64,000 nt of DNA from a virus: positions 25,720-89,719 of the IMG/VR virus record IMGVR_UViG_3300010885_053065; one strand, 5' to 3'. Positions 1-9,874 of this stretch are shown here, piece by piece. Below the pieces are notes generated by a model. That model saw only the letters and a program-made list of their open reading frames with translations. It ran no database searches and was not told the DNA's origin. The number at the start of each line of letters is the position of its first letter. Within the stretch, counting starts at the first letter, position 1. A program made the position numbers and the translations under genes.

Positions 1-478
1 TATATGGTACCATCTTTAATATAGTATATTTCTTTACATATGGACATAATTAATAATTTTCTTTTTCCAGTTCTCCTATTTTTCTTCTATTTTTGTCTTG
101 GCTACAATCTATTTGTTCCAAATAAAACTAATAAGGTAGAACCTCAATTAATTGCCATACCAGTTAGTATTCAATCTGATTTCTATACACAAACAAAAGA
201 ACTATTTAATTCTTTCTAGCTTTCAGTAGCCCACTTTAAAACCTCTTTACAGGTTGAGTGCTCACTATCTGACAATCCACTAGAGCAAAAACCATCTTTT
301 ATATCAAAAAAGAATTTAGTTTGAGAGTATTTTCTAGCTTGATTTTTTGATAGTCCTAATAGACTGGATACTGATAAGTAAACTCTTTTTTTTGTGTTTA
401 AAGCAAGTAAGTTGAACTAATACACTTTATAATCCTTACTCAGTAAAGGTTTTAAAATATTAGTGTCCGAGATATTTG

Positions 479-819
479 TTATTGAAATATTTGAGATAAG
501 ACTATTTCTGAGTAACAACCAACCTCACCATATCTTGGATCGGACATCTTCTCAACGGTTAGGTCTAGTTGTTTTGATAATCTGGTTGCCATTCTTCCTA
601 ATTTAGCGGCTTCTTTAACAGCTAGAGTTTTTAATCCTTTTAGCTTGGCGTAACCACGAATTGTGTAATAATCTCCGTCTGGCTTAAATATACGATCAAG
701 TTCTGCATCGTGAGCTTGAACTATTTCTGTTAATTCTGTAGTTCTTTGAGCTTCTAGTGCTAATTGCTGCTTGAGTAGTTCCTGTTCTTTTTCTACCTTG
801 ACTAGCTGCTCTGCATACA
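479..819 (-). pseudogene. C-terminal half of a Bro-N antirepressor-like gene split by the IS
   Basis: Removing 820-2157 rejoins GAG ATG CTG TTA A|TG TAT GCA GAG CAG = EMLLMYAEQLV in frame with the Bro-N half at 2158-2521. Confidence 0.8.
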
Positions 820-2157
820 GTGAACTACCCGTCGCTCTAGGAGCGCGGGCTTCCAATTTCAATAGGAATAACGTCTAACAAAACCGAAGTTTTACCAGCC
901 CGACTTACATTCCCTCCATTGGCAGTGTCGCTAGTTCCTAACGACAATAATCGCAAGCCTTCTTCTCTTATGTTTATCGCTGCATTTATATCTCTATCGT
1001 GTTGAGTATGGCAGCTAGGGCACTCCCAATGTCTTACATCTAAGGGCATTTCCGACACTTTGTACAAGCAATTACTACAAGTCTTAGAGCTAGGAAACCA
1101 TCTATCTATCTCTAGATAAACCTTTCCTTCTTTCTCTGCTTTGTACTTGAGCATTGTCCCAAACTTACCCCAACTAACATCACTAATAGCTTTAGCTAAT
1201 TTATGGTTGCGTACCATCCCTTTGACATTTAGATTTTCTACGACAATCACTTGGTTATCGTTGACTATCTTGCGAGATAGCTTGTGTAAAAAATCTTCCC
1301 TACAGCGACTTATTTTTGAATGTACTTTAGCTACTAATTTTCTAGCTTTATTTCTTGAGTTACTTCCTTTTTTCTTCCTATTAAGTTTCTGTTGCTTCCT
1401 CTTAAGGTTCTTCTGATGTTTCTTGAAGTGTTTAGGATTATCGTATTTACTGCCATCACTGGTAATAGCAAAATGATTTAATCCTACGTCTATTCCTATA
1501 GCTTTCCCTTCGATTATTGTAGTAGTAGAAGATTCTAATCCATTGTCTGTCAGAATAGAAGCAAAGTATTTACCATCTGGATTCAGTGAGATAGTTACAG
1601 TTTTAATACTGCCCTCTATTGGTCTATGAATCTTACAGTAAATCTCTCCTATCTTAGGAAACTTAATCGCCTCATCTAATATAGTTACTCGCTGAGGATA
1701 GCTAATAGATTGTTTACCATGCTTGGATTTGAAACTAGGTAAACCCGCACGTTTCTCAAAGAAGTTTTTGTAAGCAGTAGATAAATTGAGTGCTACTACT
1801 TGGAGACATTGAGAGTAAGCATCAGACAGCCATTCATATTCTTTCTTTAGATTAGGTAATAAACCCTGAATAACTCCTCTTGATAGACCTTTACCTGTAG
1901 TCTTATAGGTTTCCTGACAAAGATTCAAGCTATAGTTCCAATACCACCTTACACATCCAAACGCCTTTGCTAGTTGCGTTTGCTGTTCATTAGTAGGATA
2001 GATTCTGAACTTATAGGCTTTATACATTTATCAGTTTTCTGTATTACTGCTACAAGTCTAGCGCAACAAAAGGAAGATTGCCAAAGATTCTAGACAATGG
2101 TTTGCTGTCAAAATTCATCCCGACGCTTATTAAGCGCGGGACTTCTTTTGGATTGAG
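820..2157 (-). mobile_element. IS200/IS605-family element, tnpB only (IS1341-like)
   Basis: Similar subterminal hairpins at both ends (CCCGACGCTTATTAAGCGCGGG 2119-2140; CCCGTCGCTCTAGGAGCGCGGG 828-849); right end ...GTAGTTCAC; TTAA immediately outside the left end; no tnpA. Confidence 0.85.
837..2027 (-). CDS. tnpB: RNA-guided endonuclease TnpB
   Basis: N-terminal KAYKFRIYP HTH, RuvC motifs GIDVG, VVENL and DRDINAA, zinc ribbon CSNC...CPSC. Confidence 0.95.
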   Translation of the reverse strand: MYKAYKFRIYPTNEQQTQLAKAFGCVRWYWNYSLNLCQETYKTTGKGLSRGVIQGLLPNLKKEYEWLSDAYSQCLQVVALNLSTAYKNFFEKRAGLPSFKSKHGKQSISYPQRVTILDEAIKFPKIGEIYCKIHRPIEGSIKTVTISLNPDGKYFASILTDNGLESSTTTIIEGKAIGIDVGLNHFAITSDGSKYDNPKHFKKHQKNLKRKQQKLNRKKKGSNSRNKARKLVAKVHSKISRCREDFLHKLSRKIVNDNQVIVVENLNVKGMVRNHKLAKAISDVSWGKFGTMLKYKAEKEGKVYLEIDRWFPSSKTCSNCLYKVSEMPLDVRHWECPSCHTQHDRDINAAINIREEGLRLLSLGTSDTANGGNVSRAGKTSVLLDVIPIEIGSPRS

Positions 2158-2521
2158 TTAACAGCATCTCAGCAGGTGACTTAGCTTGAATTGAGTAGCT
2201 ACCAATTTTTCTGATTGAAGGAATGACCTCAGATGTTAGCCATTTTTTAAAAACTTTGGCTTCTGGCTTGCGAGAAGTTAGGACTAGTGAATATAATCCA
2301 GATTCTGAAATCGTTAATATATCTCGGTTTTGACCTGCTACGAATAATGTTCGGATCAGCTTTTCATCTTCATCGAGCCTTTCGGAAGTTTTGCTAACAT
2401 CTGTTAACTCAAGAACTTCACAAACATCTTTAGCCACAAACCAAGGCTCATTATTTACAACTACTACTCGTACTTGATTGTCGTTAAAATTAAAAACTGT
2501 TAAATTGTTCATTGGGGTCAA
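2158..2521 (-). pseudogene. N-terminal Bro-N domain of an IS-interrupted antirepressor-like gene
   Basis: Bro-N motifs VRVV..NNEPWFVAKDVC and ISESGLYSLVLTSRKPEAK.FKKW; last 14-15 residues of the ORF derive from the IS left end. Confidence 0.85.
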
Positions 2522-2661
2522 CCTACTCCATTAGGTTAATTCAAGTCGTCTTCTAAAGTATTTCGAGTGCTTTAGGAGGCGCATTTCTTATATTATACTA
2601 CATTCTCTTAGACAAGTACTAAGTTAAAGATATTGGCTACTATAGATTCACACATTAAGTA

Positions 2662-3018
2662 GTGAATTTTAATATGAGTACATCAAGATTAGAGTATAAA
2701 TTCTTGAATCTATTGCAAGCTTATTATCCTCAGATTGAATTTTCCCAAGAATACAAGAATATAATTCCTAATCGTAGATTTATCTTTGACTTTTGCTTTC
2801 CTCAATCAAAAGTTGCTATAGAAATTAGTGGTCAGATTTGGAGAAAAGGCGGTCATACTTCTGGCAAAGGTGTACAAAGAGATTATGAAAAGATTAACCT
2901 TGCTTTGCTAGAAGGTTGGATAGTTTTTCAGTTGTCAGAGGAAATGATTACAAAAGAATGGCTAGATAAAATAATTAGTTCTGTTAAGTTAAGAGAAACT
3001 AAATCGGTTATCTGTTAA
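2662..3018 (+). CDS. DUF559/Vsr-like PD-(D/E)XK endonuclease
   Basis: QEY...RRFIFDF...KVAIEISG..W..GGH...DYEK.N.A...GW pattern. Confidence 0.75.
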   Translation: MNFNMSTSRLEYKFLNLLQAYYPQIEFSQEYKNIIPNRRFIFDFCFPQSKVAIEISGQIWRKGGHTSGKGVQRDYEKINLALLEGWIVFQLSEEMITKEWLDKIISSVKLRETKSVIC

Positions 3019-3041
3019 AATAAGATTGAAGCATAAAGCTC

Positions 3042-3076
3042 ACACTCTAACTTCCTCATTGGTTAGAGTGTTTTTT
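3042..3076 (+). terminator. Intrinsic terminator
   Basis: ACACTCTAAC...GTTAGAGTGT stem followed by a T run. Confidence 0.6.
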
Positions 3077-3138
3077 ATTTAAAATACTTAATTGACACTT
3101 GTTAGAATGGTAATCAATATATAAATTAAATAACCTTA

Positions 3139-6100
3139 ATGCAATTAGAATTAAGCTTTTCTGGGACACTTACTGAAGGAAATAAAACAATTCAAGTAGC
3201 CAAAATATTGCTTGAACTATTAAAGAAATCTATAAAAATAACAACAAAAGATTTACAAGAGTTAATGACTACTGCTTACGGTGGTAGCGATGCAGAAGGC
3301 TTATGGATATGGAAAGACGCTTATGAGGCTCTAGAATGTGCCTGTGTTTTATATATTAAGTATTTATATGAAATTAGGGCTCAAGCTATCTATGGAGATG
3401 CTAGAGATAATTTAAAGTTCTTTACAGAGTTAGAAAGTCTATTACCTACACACACTAGACGCTCTGCTGATCAACTAAATTATCAGCAATTCTCTACTCC
3501 TTTACCTCTATCTGTATTGGTTATGGTAGCAGCAGAAATTAAAAAAGAAGATATTGTTTTAGAGCCTAGCGCTGGCAATGGATTGTTAGGTGTTTGGGGT
3601 GATTTATGGGGAAAACAATTAATACTAAATGAGATTGACGATAACAGAAGAAATAACTTAACTAAACTTTTTCCTGATGCAAAAATATTTAATCATAATG
3701 CTGAACAGATAAACGATTATTTAGATTTGTCAATTACTCCTTCTGTCTGTTTAATTAACCCTCCTTTTTCTAGTGCTTTAAAGATAGAAAGACGTAGCCC
3801 TATTACTACGTGGAAACATATTACCTCTGCTTTAAATAGATTGCAGGATGGTGGCAGGCTTGTAGCGATTACTGCTGATTGGTGGTCAGAAGATAATCCT
3901 AAGTGGAAAGAACACTTTGAAGCACTAAAAGATACAAGTACAACTGTCTTTAGTATTCCTATTGCTGGTAAGTATTACTACAAACATGGTACTAATATGG
4001 ACACTAGATTAACTGTGATTGATAAAGTGCCAGACAATGGCAAGAGAAAAAGGTTTATCTATAGTTCAGATAGCGAATTTAAGTCTTTAAACGATATTCT
4101 TTCTAAGATACTTAAGCATTTACCTTTAAGGTGCGAGCTAGGCTCAATTGATCCTGTAGTAACAAAACAAGCTACTAAAAAGACTAAAGCTAAAGCAGTT
4201 GAACTAGTTAAATCAATTAAAGAGATTATTGATTGGAACAATATCGTTGAAGTTGAGTACACAGCTATAGAGAAATTAGCACAATCAGAAGACTTACCAG
4301 AGGCTATCTACAGCACTTATAGACCACAGAGAATAGCAATCAAAGGAGCTAAAGAACATCCTTCTCCCTTGGTAGAATCTGCAGCCATGAACTCAGTTCT
4401 GCCTCCTTTACCGAGTTATCGACCCAAACTCCCTAAGCAAGTAATAGAACAAGGCATACTATCTGAACCACAATTAGAGACAGTAATCTATGCAGGCGAG
4501 TCACACCAAAAGTTTTTAAGTTACTACTATCTAGTAGATAATACATTAGATAGTTTATTAATAACCTCAGAAACTACTACCGATGCAGTTAGATTTAGAA
4601 GAGGATATAGCTTAGGAGATGGTACAGGGGTAGGGAAGGGGAGACAAGTTAGTGGGATTATTTTAGATAATTGGCTACACGGTAGAAAAAAAGCTTTGTG
4701 GATATCTAAAAACGATACCTTACTAGAGGATGCTAGGAGAGATTTTAGTGCTTTAGGAGGGAATAAAGAACAGATAGTCCCTTTATCTAAATTTAAGCTA
4801 GGAGAGCCAATAAACCTAGAAGAGGGTGTGTTATTCCTAACTTACTCAACTCTCAGACAAGTAGAAAAGGGTGAGAAGATATCTAGACTACAGCAGGTAC
4901 TCAATTATCTGGGTAAAGACTTTGATGGCGTGATAATCTTTGATGAGTCTCATGCTATGGCTAACGCTACTTCAGAAAAAGCAGCTAGAGGTATTAAAGC
5001 ACCATCTCAACAGGGTTTAGTAGGTTTAAGGATACAAAGAGCCTTACCTAACGCTAGAGTTGTCTACGTCTCTGCAACAGGTGCTAGTAAGCTTGAGAAT
5101 TTAAGTTATATGGAAAGATTGGGGTTATGGGGTTCAGATAATGTTCCTTTTATTGATAGAGACGATTTTATTAATCACGTCTCTACAGGGGGTGTCGCTG
5201 CTGTAGAGGTAGTCGCTAGGGATCTTAAAGCTTTAGGTCTTTATACAGCAAGGTCTCTATCTTTTGAGGGAGTAGAGTATCAAGTATTAGAGCATGAACT
5301 AACTAGCCACCAAATAGAAGTTTATAACCAGTATGCAGATGCTTACAAAATAATACATACTAACATTAGAGATGCCTTAAAACATATTAATGTTAACGAC
5401 CAATTTGGTAAGGTTCGTAATGGTAGAGCTAGTTCTGCTGTCTATGCTGCCTTTGAAAATGCTAAACAAAGATTCTTTAGCCATGTACTTAGTAGCCTAA
5501 AGTCTAGTACTTTAATTAAAGCTATCGAGAAAGACTTAGAAAACGGATATTCAGCAATAATACAGGTTATTTCTACTGATGAAGCTTTACTGGATAGGAG
5601 ACTCGCAGAGATACCGCCTAGTGAATGGAATGATATCAACGTAGATGTTACCCCTAGGGAGTACTTATTTGATTATCTTTATAATGCTTTCCCTGTGCAT
5701 CTTCATGAGGTCTACTCGGATGAAAATGGTAGGCAATATACTAGACAAGCTTTAGATGAAAACGGTAATCTGGTATTATCTCAATCAGCTTTAAAAGCAA
5801 GGGACGCTCTAATCAAAGAACTAGCCTACCTACCTCCTATCCATTCTCTATTAGATCAGGTAATTCATTATTTTGGGGCTAAACAGGTAGCAGAGATTAC
5901 AGGTAGAACTAAGAGGATATTAAGAGAAGAGGATAGACTCTTTATTGATAAAAGACCTTCTAACGCTAATATAGCTGAGACTCAAGCCTTCCAAGATGAT
6001 CACAAAAAGATTCTTATTTTCTCTAACGCTGGCAGTACTGGCAGGTCTTACCATGCTGAGATGAGTGCTAAAAACCAAAGATTAAGAAAACACTATATCT

Positions 6101-7431
6101 GTGAGTTTGGATGGGAAGCACATGTCACAGTACAGGGTTTAGGTAGAACAAATAGAAGTAATCAGAAACAACCTCCTATTTATATCCTTGTTACCACAGA
6201 TGTTAAGGGAGAAAAAAGATTTACTAGTAGTATTGCTAAAAGATTGGATACCTTAGGAGCTATAACCAAGGGAGAGAGAAAGACAGGTGGTCAAGGGTTG
6301 TTTAGAGAATCAGATAATTTAGAGTCTTTGTATGCTAAAACTGCACTAACTAATCTCTATAGAACGCTTAATTGGGGAGGTTTGAATTGTATCAAGTTGA
6401 AAGAGTTTCAAGACCTAACGGGACTGAGACTACAAACCGAAGACGGCATCGTTCTAGAGGAACAGCCACCAATGAAAACTTTTCTTAATCGTATTCTGGC
6501 TACTCCTATCGAGTTTCAGAACGATATTATGTCAGAATTACAAGCGAGAATCGATACCAATATAGAGCAAGCGATAGAGTCTGGTAGCTACGACATTGGT
6601 GTAGAGGTCATACGTGCTCATAAGATGTCTGTATTAGACAAGATAGAGATTTATAAAGATAAAAATAGTAATGCAGCCACATATGCACTCAAGATAGAGC
6701 GTACAAATAAAGTTAATTTCAACACCTTTGAGTACGCTAAAGACTTAGTAGAAGGGAATCAAGGCGGTTATATTCACAACGATACTACTAAGAAGGTTGC
6801 TGTATTACTTCCTACAAATAGTATTGTTGATAAAAATGGTGACAATATTGAAAGGTTTAAACTTGTTACTCCTACTTGGGAAAGAAAAATTAGTCAAAGC
6901 GAGTATAGAAAGACTAGTTGGGGTGGCATTGGCTCAATTAATCTCTTTAAGGATTTGTGGGAAAAAGAGCTATCAGAAAAACAAGAGTACAAAGTAGATA
7001 CTTTCTTTGTTATTACTGGTTTACTGTTGCCTATTTGGAAGAAACTAGATCAATCAAATCTTAAGGTTTATAGACTTAATATCGGTAATAGTGAGCAGTT
7101 TCTAGGGAGATTAATTGAGCCTAGAGTGTGGGAAATTATCTCAGAGACCTTTGGAGTGAACTACAAGCTTACAGGTGCTGAAATCTATAGAATATGGCAG
7201 CATCCAGGTAGTTTTACGCCAATCAGCCTAACTTACGCAATTAAGCTAAAACAATCAGTTGTCTCTGGCTTAAAGAGAATGGAGTTGATCGGGAACTTTA
7301 CTCCAAAGGATTACGAAAAACTAGAGGCTATAGGATGTTTCTTAGAGATAGTTCAGTATAGACCTAGAATATTTATTCCTACTACAGAAGCTTGTATTCC
7401 AATAATCGACAAGATTAGAAACAATGCTTAA
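3139..7431 (+). CDS. Methyltransferase fused to a strawberry-notch SF2 helicase (DarB-like architecture)
   Basis: QQFSTP, LEPSAGNG and NPPF amino-MTase motifs; GDGTGVGKGRQ Walker A, DESH, YVSATGA, QGLGRTNRSNQ of the Sno family. Confidence 0.9.
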   Translation: MQLELSFSGTLTEGNKTIQVAKILLELLKKSIKITTKDLQELMTTAYGGSDAEGLWIWKDAYEALECACVLYIKYLYEIRAQAIYGDARDNLKFFTELESLLPTHTRRSADQLNYQQFSTPLPLSVLVMVAAEIKKEDIVLEPSAGNGLLGVWGDLWGKQLILNEIDDNRRNNLTKLFPDAKIFNHNAEQINDYLDLSITPSVCLINPPFSSALKIERRSPITTWKHITSALNRLQDGGRLVAITADWWSEDNPKWKEHFEALKDTSTTVFSIPIAGKYYYKHGTNMDTRLTVIDKVPDNGKRKRFIYSSDSEFKSLNDILSKILKHLPLRCELGSIDPVVTKQATKKTKAKAVELVKSIKEIIDWNNIVEVEYTAIEKLAQSEDLPEAIYSTYRPQRIAIKGAKEHPSPLVESAAMNSVLPPLPSYRPKLPKQVIEQGILSEPQLETVIYAGESHQKFLSYYYLVDNTLDSLLITSETTTDAVRFRRGYSLGDGTGVGKGRQVSGIILDNWLHGRKKALWISKNDTLLEDARRDFSALGGNKEQIVPLSKFKLGEPINLEEGVLFLTYSTLRQVEKGEKISRLQQVLNYLGKDFDGVIIFDESHAMANATSEKAARGIKAPSQQGLVGLRIQRALPNARVVYVSATGASKLENLSYMERLGLWGSDNVPFIDRDDFINHVSTGGVAAVEVVARDLKALGLYTARSLSFEGVEYQVLEHELTSHQIEVYNQYADAYKIIHTNIRDALKHINVNDQFGKVRNGRASSAVYAAFENAKQRFFSHVLSSLKSSTLIKAIEKDLENGYSAIIQVISTDEALLDRRLAEIPPSEWNDINVDVTPREYLFDYLYNAFPVHLHEVYSDENGRQYTRQALDENGNLVLSQSALKARDALIKELAYLPPIHSLLDQVIHYFGAKQVAEITGRTKRILREEDRLFIDKRPSNANIAETQAFQDDHKKILIFSNAGSTGRSYHAEMSAKNQRLRKHYICEFGWEAHVTVQGLGRTNRSNQKQPPIYILVTTDVKGEKRFTSSIAKRLDTLGAITKGERKTGGQGLFRESDNLESLYAKTALTNLYRTLNWGGLNCIKLKEFQDLTGLRLQTEDGIVLEEQPPMKTFLNRILATPIEFQNDIMSELQARIDTNIEQAIESGSYDIGVEVIRAHKMSVLDKIEIYKDKNSNAATYALKIERTNKVNFNTFEYAKDLVEGNQGGYIHNDTTKKVAVLLPTNSIVDKNGDNIERFKLVTPTWERKISQSEYRKTSWGGIGSINLFKDLWEKELSEKQEYKVDTFFVITGLLLPIWKKLDQSNLKVYRLNIGNSEQFLGRLIEPRVWEIISETFGVNYKLTGAEIYRIWQHPGSFTPISLTYAIKLKQSVVSGLKRMELIGNFTPKDYEKLEAIGCFLEIVQYRPRIFIPTTEACIPIIDKIRNNA

Positions 7432-7433
7432 AC

Positions 7434-7463
7434 AAAAAGGAGGTGTCACTACCTCCTTAAAAA
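7434..7463. terminator. Terminator hairpin between convergent genes
   Basis: AAGGAGGT-GTCACT-ACCTCCTT, with an A run on the left giving a T tail on the minus strand. Confidence 0.6.
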
Positions 7464-7530
7464 TTCCTTTACCTGTGTCTTAGTACTAATATTGATTTAG
7501 TTCTATTTTCCAGATTACTAATATTTTAAC

Positions 7531-8637
7531 TTATTTGATAATACTTACTGGCATAACCAAGAATATCGTTTTACTACTATCAAGAGGTTCAATGATCACG
7601 GGACTAACTGGTGTATTCAGACTAAACCTTACTGAGTCAGAAAGCATTGTCTTTAGTCCGTCTATTAAGTACTTACAGTTGAACCCTACCTTGATATCAT
7701 TCCCACTAAGTTCTATTGCTAGACTATCCTCTCCTTTACCTATATCCTGTCCCTCAGCAGAGATAGTTAGTTTTTCTTCCACAAAACTAAAGACGGTTAA
7801 GTGATTACCTTGATTAACAATAGTAGAGACTAACTCTAGCTTTCTGATTAACTCCTTTCTAGGAATTGTGGCAGTAGTAGTAAAAGATTTAGGGATTAAC
7901 TGTTGATAAGCAGGGTATTTGCCTTGTAACACACGTCCAATAACTGTATAGTCACCACAAGTAAAAAAGGTTGTAGACTCGTTAATTTTAAGATAGATAT
8001 TCTCTTCTCCCTTACACTCACTTAAGACTTTTTCTAGTGTCTTAATTGTGTGTAGAGAAATAGTAACGGGTTTAGCTGTATCTCCTAAATCATGCTCTAT
8101 TCTTGTAACACTCAACCTGTGTGAGTCAGTTGCAGCAAACTCTACACTATCTAATTCAGGTTTGATATGTATCCCTGTTAAAATCATTTTTGTCTCTTCA
8201 GTACTAGCAGCAAAAGAAACAGCTTTTAGAGACTCTGTAAACTCAACTAACGGGATAAAAATTGACTCACTTTCAGGAACATCTGGAAACTCAGGATAAT
8301 CTGTAGCTGGCATTGTGCCGATATCAAAGTGACCTGATTCAGTGGTAATAGTCGCTCTATTATCTTTTATTTCAATCGTTATTTCTTCAGATTGAAGTTT
8401 ACTAATAATGTTATTTAATATAGTTGCAGGAATAGTAATTAAACCCGATTCTTGTGTAATTGATTGGATTGAAGTTTTAATTCCAATCACAGTATCAAAA
8501 CCAATTATTGTTAATTTGTCTTCTGTCGCCTCTATAAAAAAATTATTCAGTATAGGATGAGTAGCACGGCTAGGGACAGCCGTGCCAACTATAGATAAAG
8601 CCTTTTTAAAACTAGTTTGGTTAACGGTAAACTTCAC
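7531..8637 (-). CDS. dnaN: DNA polymerase III beta sliding clamp
   Basis: MKF...PSRATHPIL, ATDSHRLS, G.YP.YQQLIP, GFN..YL.DGL, LVMPV. Confidence 0.95.
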   Translation of the reverse strand: MKFTVNQTSFKKALSIVGTAVPSRATHPILNNFFIEATEDKLTIIGFDTVIGIKTSIQSITQESGLITIPATILNNIISKLQSEEITIEIKDNRATITTESGHFDIGTMPATDYPEFPDVPESESIFIPLVEFTESLKAVSFAASTEETKMILTGIHIKPELDSVEFAATDSHRLSVTRIEHDLGDTAKPVTISLHTIKTLEKVLSECKGEENIYLKINESTTFFTCGDYTVIGRVLQGKYPAYQQLIPKSFTTTATIPRKELIRKLELVSTIVNQGNHLTVFSFVEEKLTISAEGQDIGKGEDSLAIELSGNDIKVGFNCKYLIDGLKTMLSDSVRFSLNTPVSPVIIEPLDSSKTIFLVMPVSIIK

Positions 8638-8822
8638 TCTGAATACTCCTTAATTTCCTTACAATTTTAACAAAAACTATATTTGCTTCTAATAGATAAG
8701 GCTCAATTACTCCTACCAAAATTAACTTATTTTTGCCAACAAAACTTTTTCTCTAACAGGAAATGGAGATTAAGTAGCTTATTGATTTTTAGACATAAAA
8801 ATAGACTAGTACTAAAACCGAA

Positions 8823-9294
8823 GGCTAGACCCCTCTTGTAGAGCACATCCCACTGCTCGCACGTTCTGTGCGTGCGCAGTCTTCTGCTAGCACAAATTAT
8901 CGCTCGCACAGGATCAGCAGACATATAAATACGATATATATACAAATAAGAAAAATAACAAACAACAAGATCCGGAGCAGCAGTTGCTTTTGATTTTTAA
9001 AATTAATTAAATTCCTATAACCAATTAAAATACTCTCTAACTCACTTAAATTTGAGCTACAAGACGGGTAAATACACCTAACTTACTCTTTCTACCAAAA
9101 AGAAATAAATAAGCCCCATAGACCAAATTTAAGTGAAATTAGAATCAGTAGGACTTATTTACTTGTTAAGTTGTCTTTTTCTTAATTAAGTTTTTAATGG
9201 TCGGCTGGTGCTTTTGTTTTATAGTAAATGTGCTCAATAAACATTTTTATTTATAGTCTAAACACTTGACACTCACCCAATAAAATGTTATACT
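8823..9294 (+). repeat. ~470-bp non-coding dispersed repeat, copy 1
   Basis: Colinear and highly similar to 28755-29227 (e.g. identical AAGTGAAATTAGAATCAGTAGGACTTATTTACTTGTTAAGTT). Confidence 0.92.
9222..9294 (+). promoter_or_regulatory. Conserved phage promoter, class A copy 1
   Basis: TAGTAA-N3-TGCTCAA box; AAACAC-TTGACA (9266)-N17-TATACT (9289) with extended TG. Confidence 0.8.
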
Positions 9295-9372
9295 GTATGT
9301 ATACAAAAGGTTAAGAAATGACTTAACCAAGCACCTAGAAAACTTAACCATAAAAACAAAGGAGACAAAATC

Positions 9373-9675
9373 ATGCTTCAGTTTCTAATGATCGATGTAG
9401 TTAACATTAGTTCCAAAGTTTCAAGAGAAATCTTTCCTGAGACTGAGTTAGAAAAAATGGCTAACATTATTCTTCAGACAGGCGGTCTTCTAAGACCTCT
9501 AATTTTAAAGAAAGTAGGGTTTGAAAAGTACGAAGTTGTAGACGGACATTTTGAATACTACGCTTCCCTCAAAGCATTTGAAAAAGACATCGTTAAGGGA
9601 GAGATGGTTAACTCCTTTATCCTAGAAGAAAAACAAATAGAGCCAGCCAAAGAGCAAATAGCTCAATGGTTCTAA
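9373..9675 (+). CDS. Stand-alone ParB/Srx N-terminal domain protein
   Basis: LEKMA..I...GGLLRPLIL....YEVVDGHF.YYA; AAGGAG RBS. Confidence 0.75.
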   Translation: MLQFLMIDVVNISSKVSREIFPETELEKMANIILQTGGLLRPLILKKVGFEKYEVVDGHFEYYASLKAFEKDIVKGEMVNSFILEEKQIEPAKEQIAQWF

Positions 9676-9679
9676 TACT

Positions 9680-9709
9680 AAAAGAGAGGCTTTTCAACCT
9701 CTCTTTTTT
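9680..9709 (+). terminator. Intrinsic terminator
   Basis: AAAAGAGAGG...CCTCTCTTTTTT. Confidence 0.7.
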
Positions 9710-9736
9710 ACTGCCCGTAAAAATACTAATTTACTT

Positions 9737-9809
9737 TAGTAAATGTGCTCAATAAACATTTTTATTTATAGTCTAAACACTTGACATTTACCCAAATAAT
9801 TGTTATATT
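9737..9809 (+). promoter_or_regulatory. Conserved phage promoter, class A copy 2
   Basis: Nearly identical to 9222-9294; TTGACA 9781, TATATT 9804. Confidence 0.8.
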
Positions 9810-9874
9810 AAGTATATAAGGTTAAGAAATTAACCAGCACCTAGAAAAACAAATAAAACAAAGGAGACAAACCG

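Noticed and set aside
1-478. Possible gene at the window start
   Set aside because: The minus-strand frames I read hit stops quickly; nothing recognisable
820-2157. IStron (intron-IS hybrid) interpretation
   Set aside because: Only ~130 bp lie upstream of tnpB, too little for a group I intron core
8841-8890. tRNA call for the three-hairpin core
   Set aside because: No TTC T-loop, no acceptor stem, too short
8727-8945. 72-aa ORF from the track
   Set aside because: Overlaps the non-coding repeat, and the second copy has no matching ORF in the track
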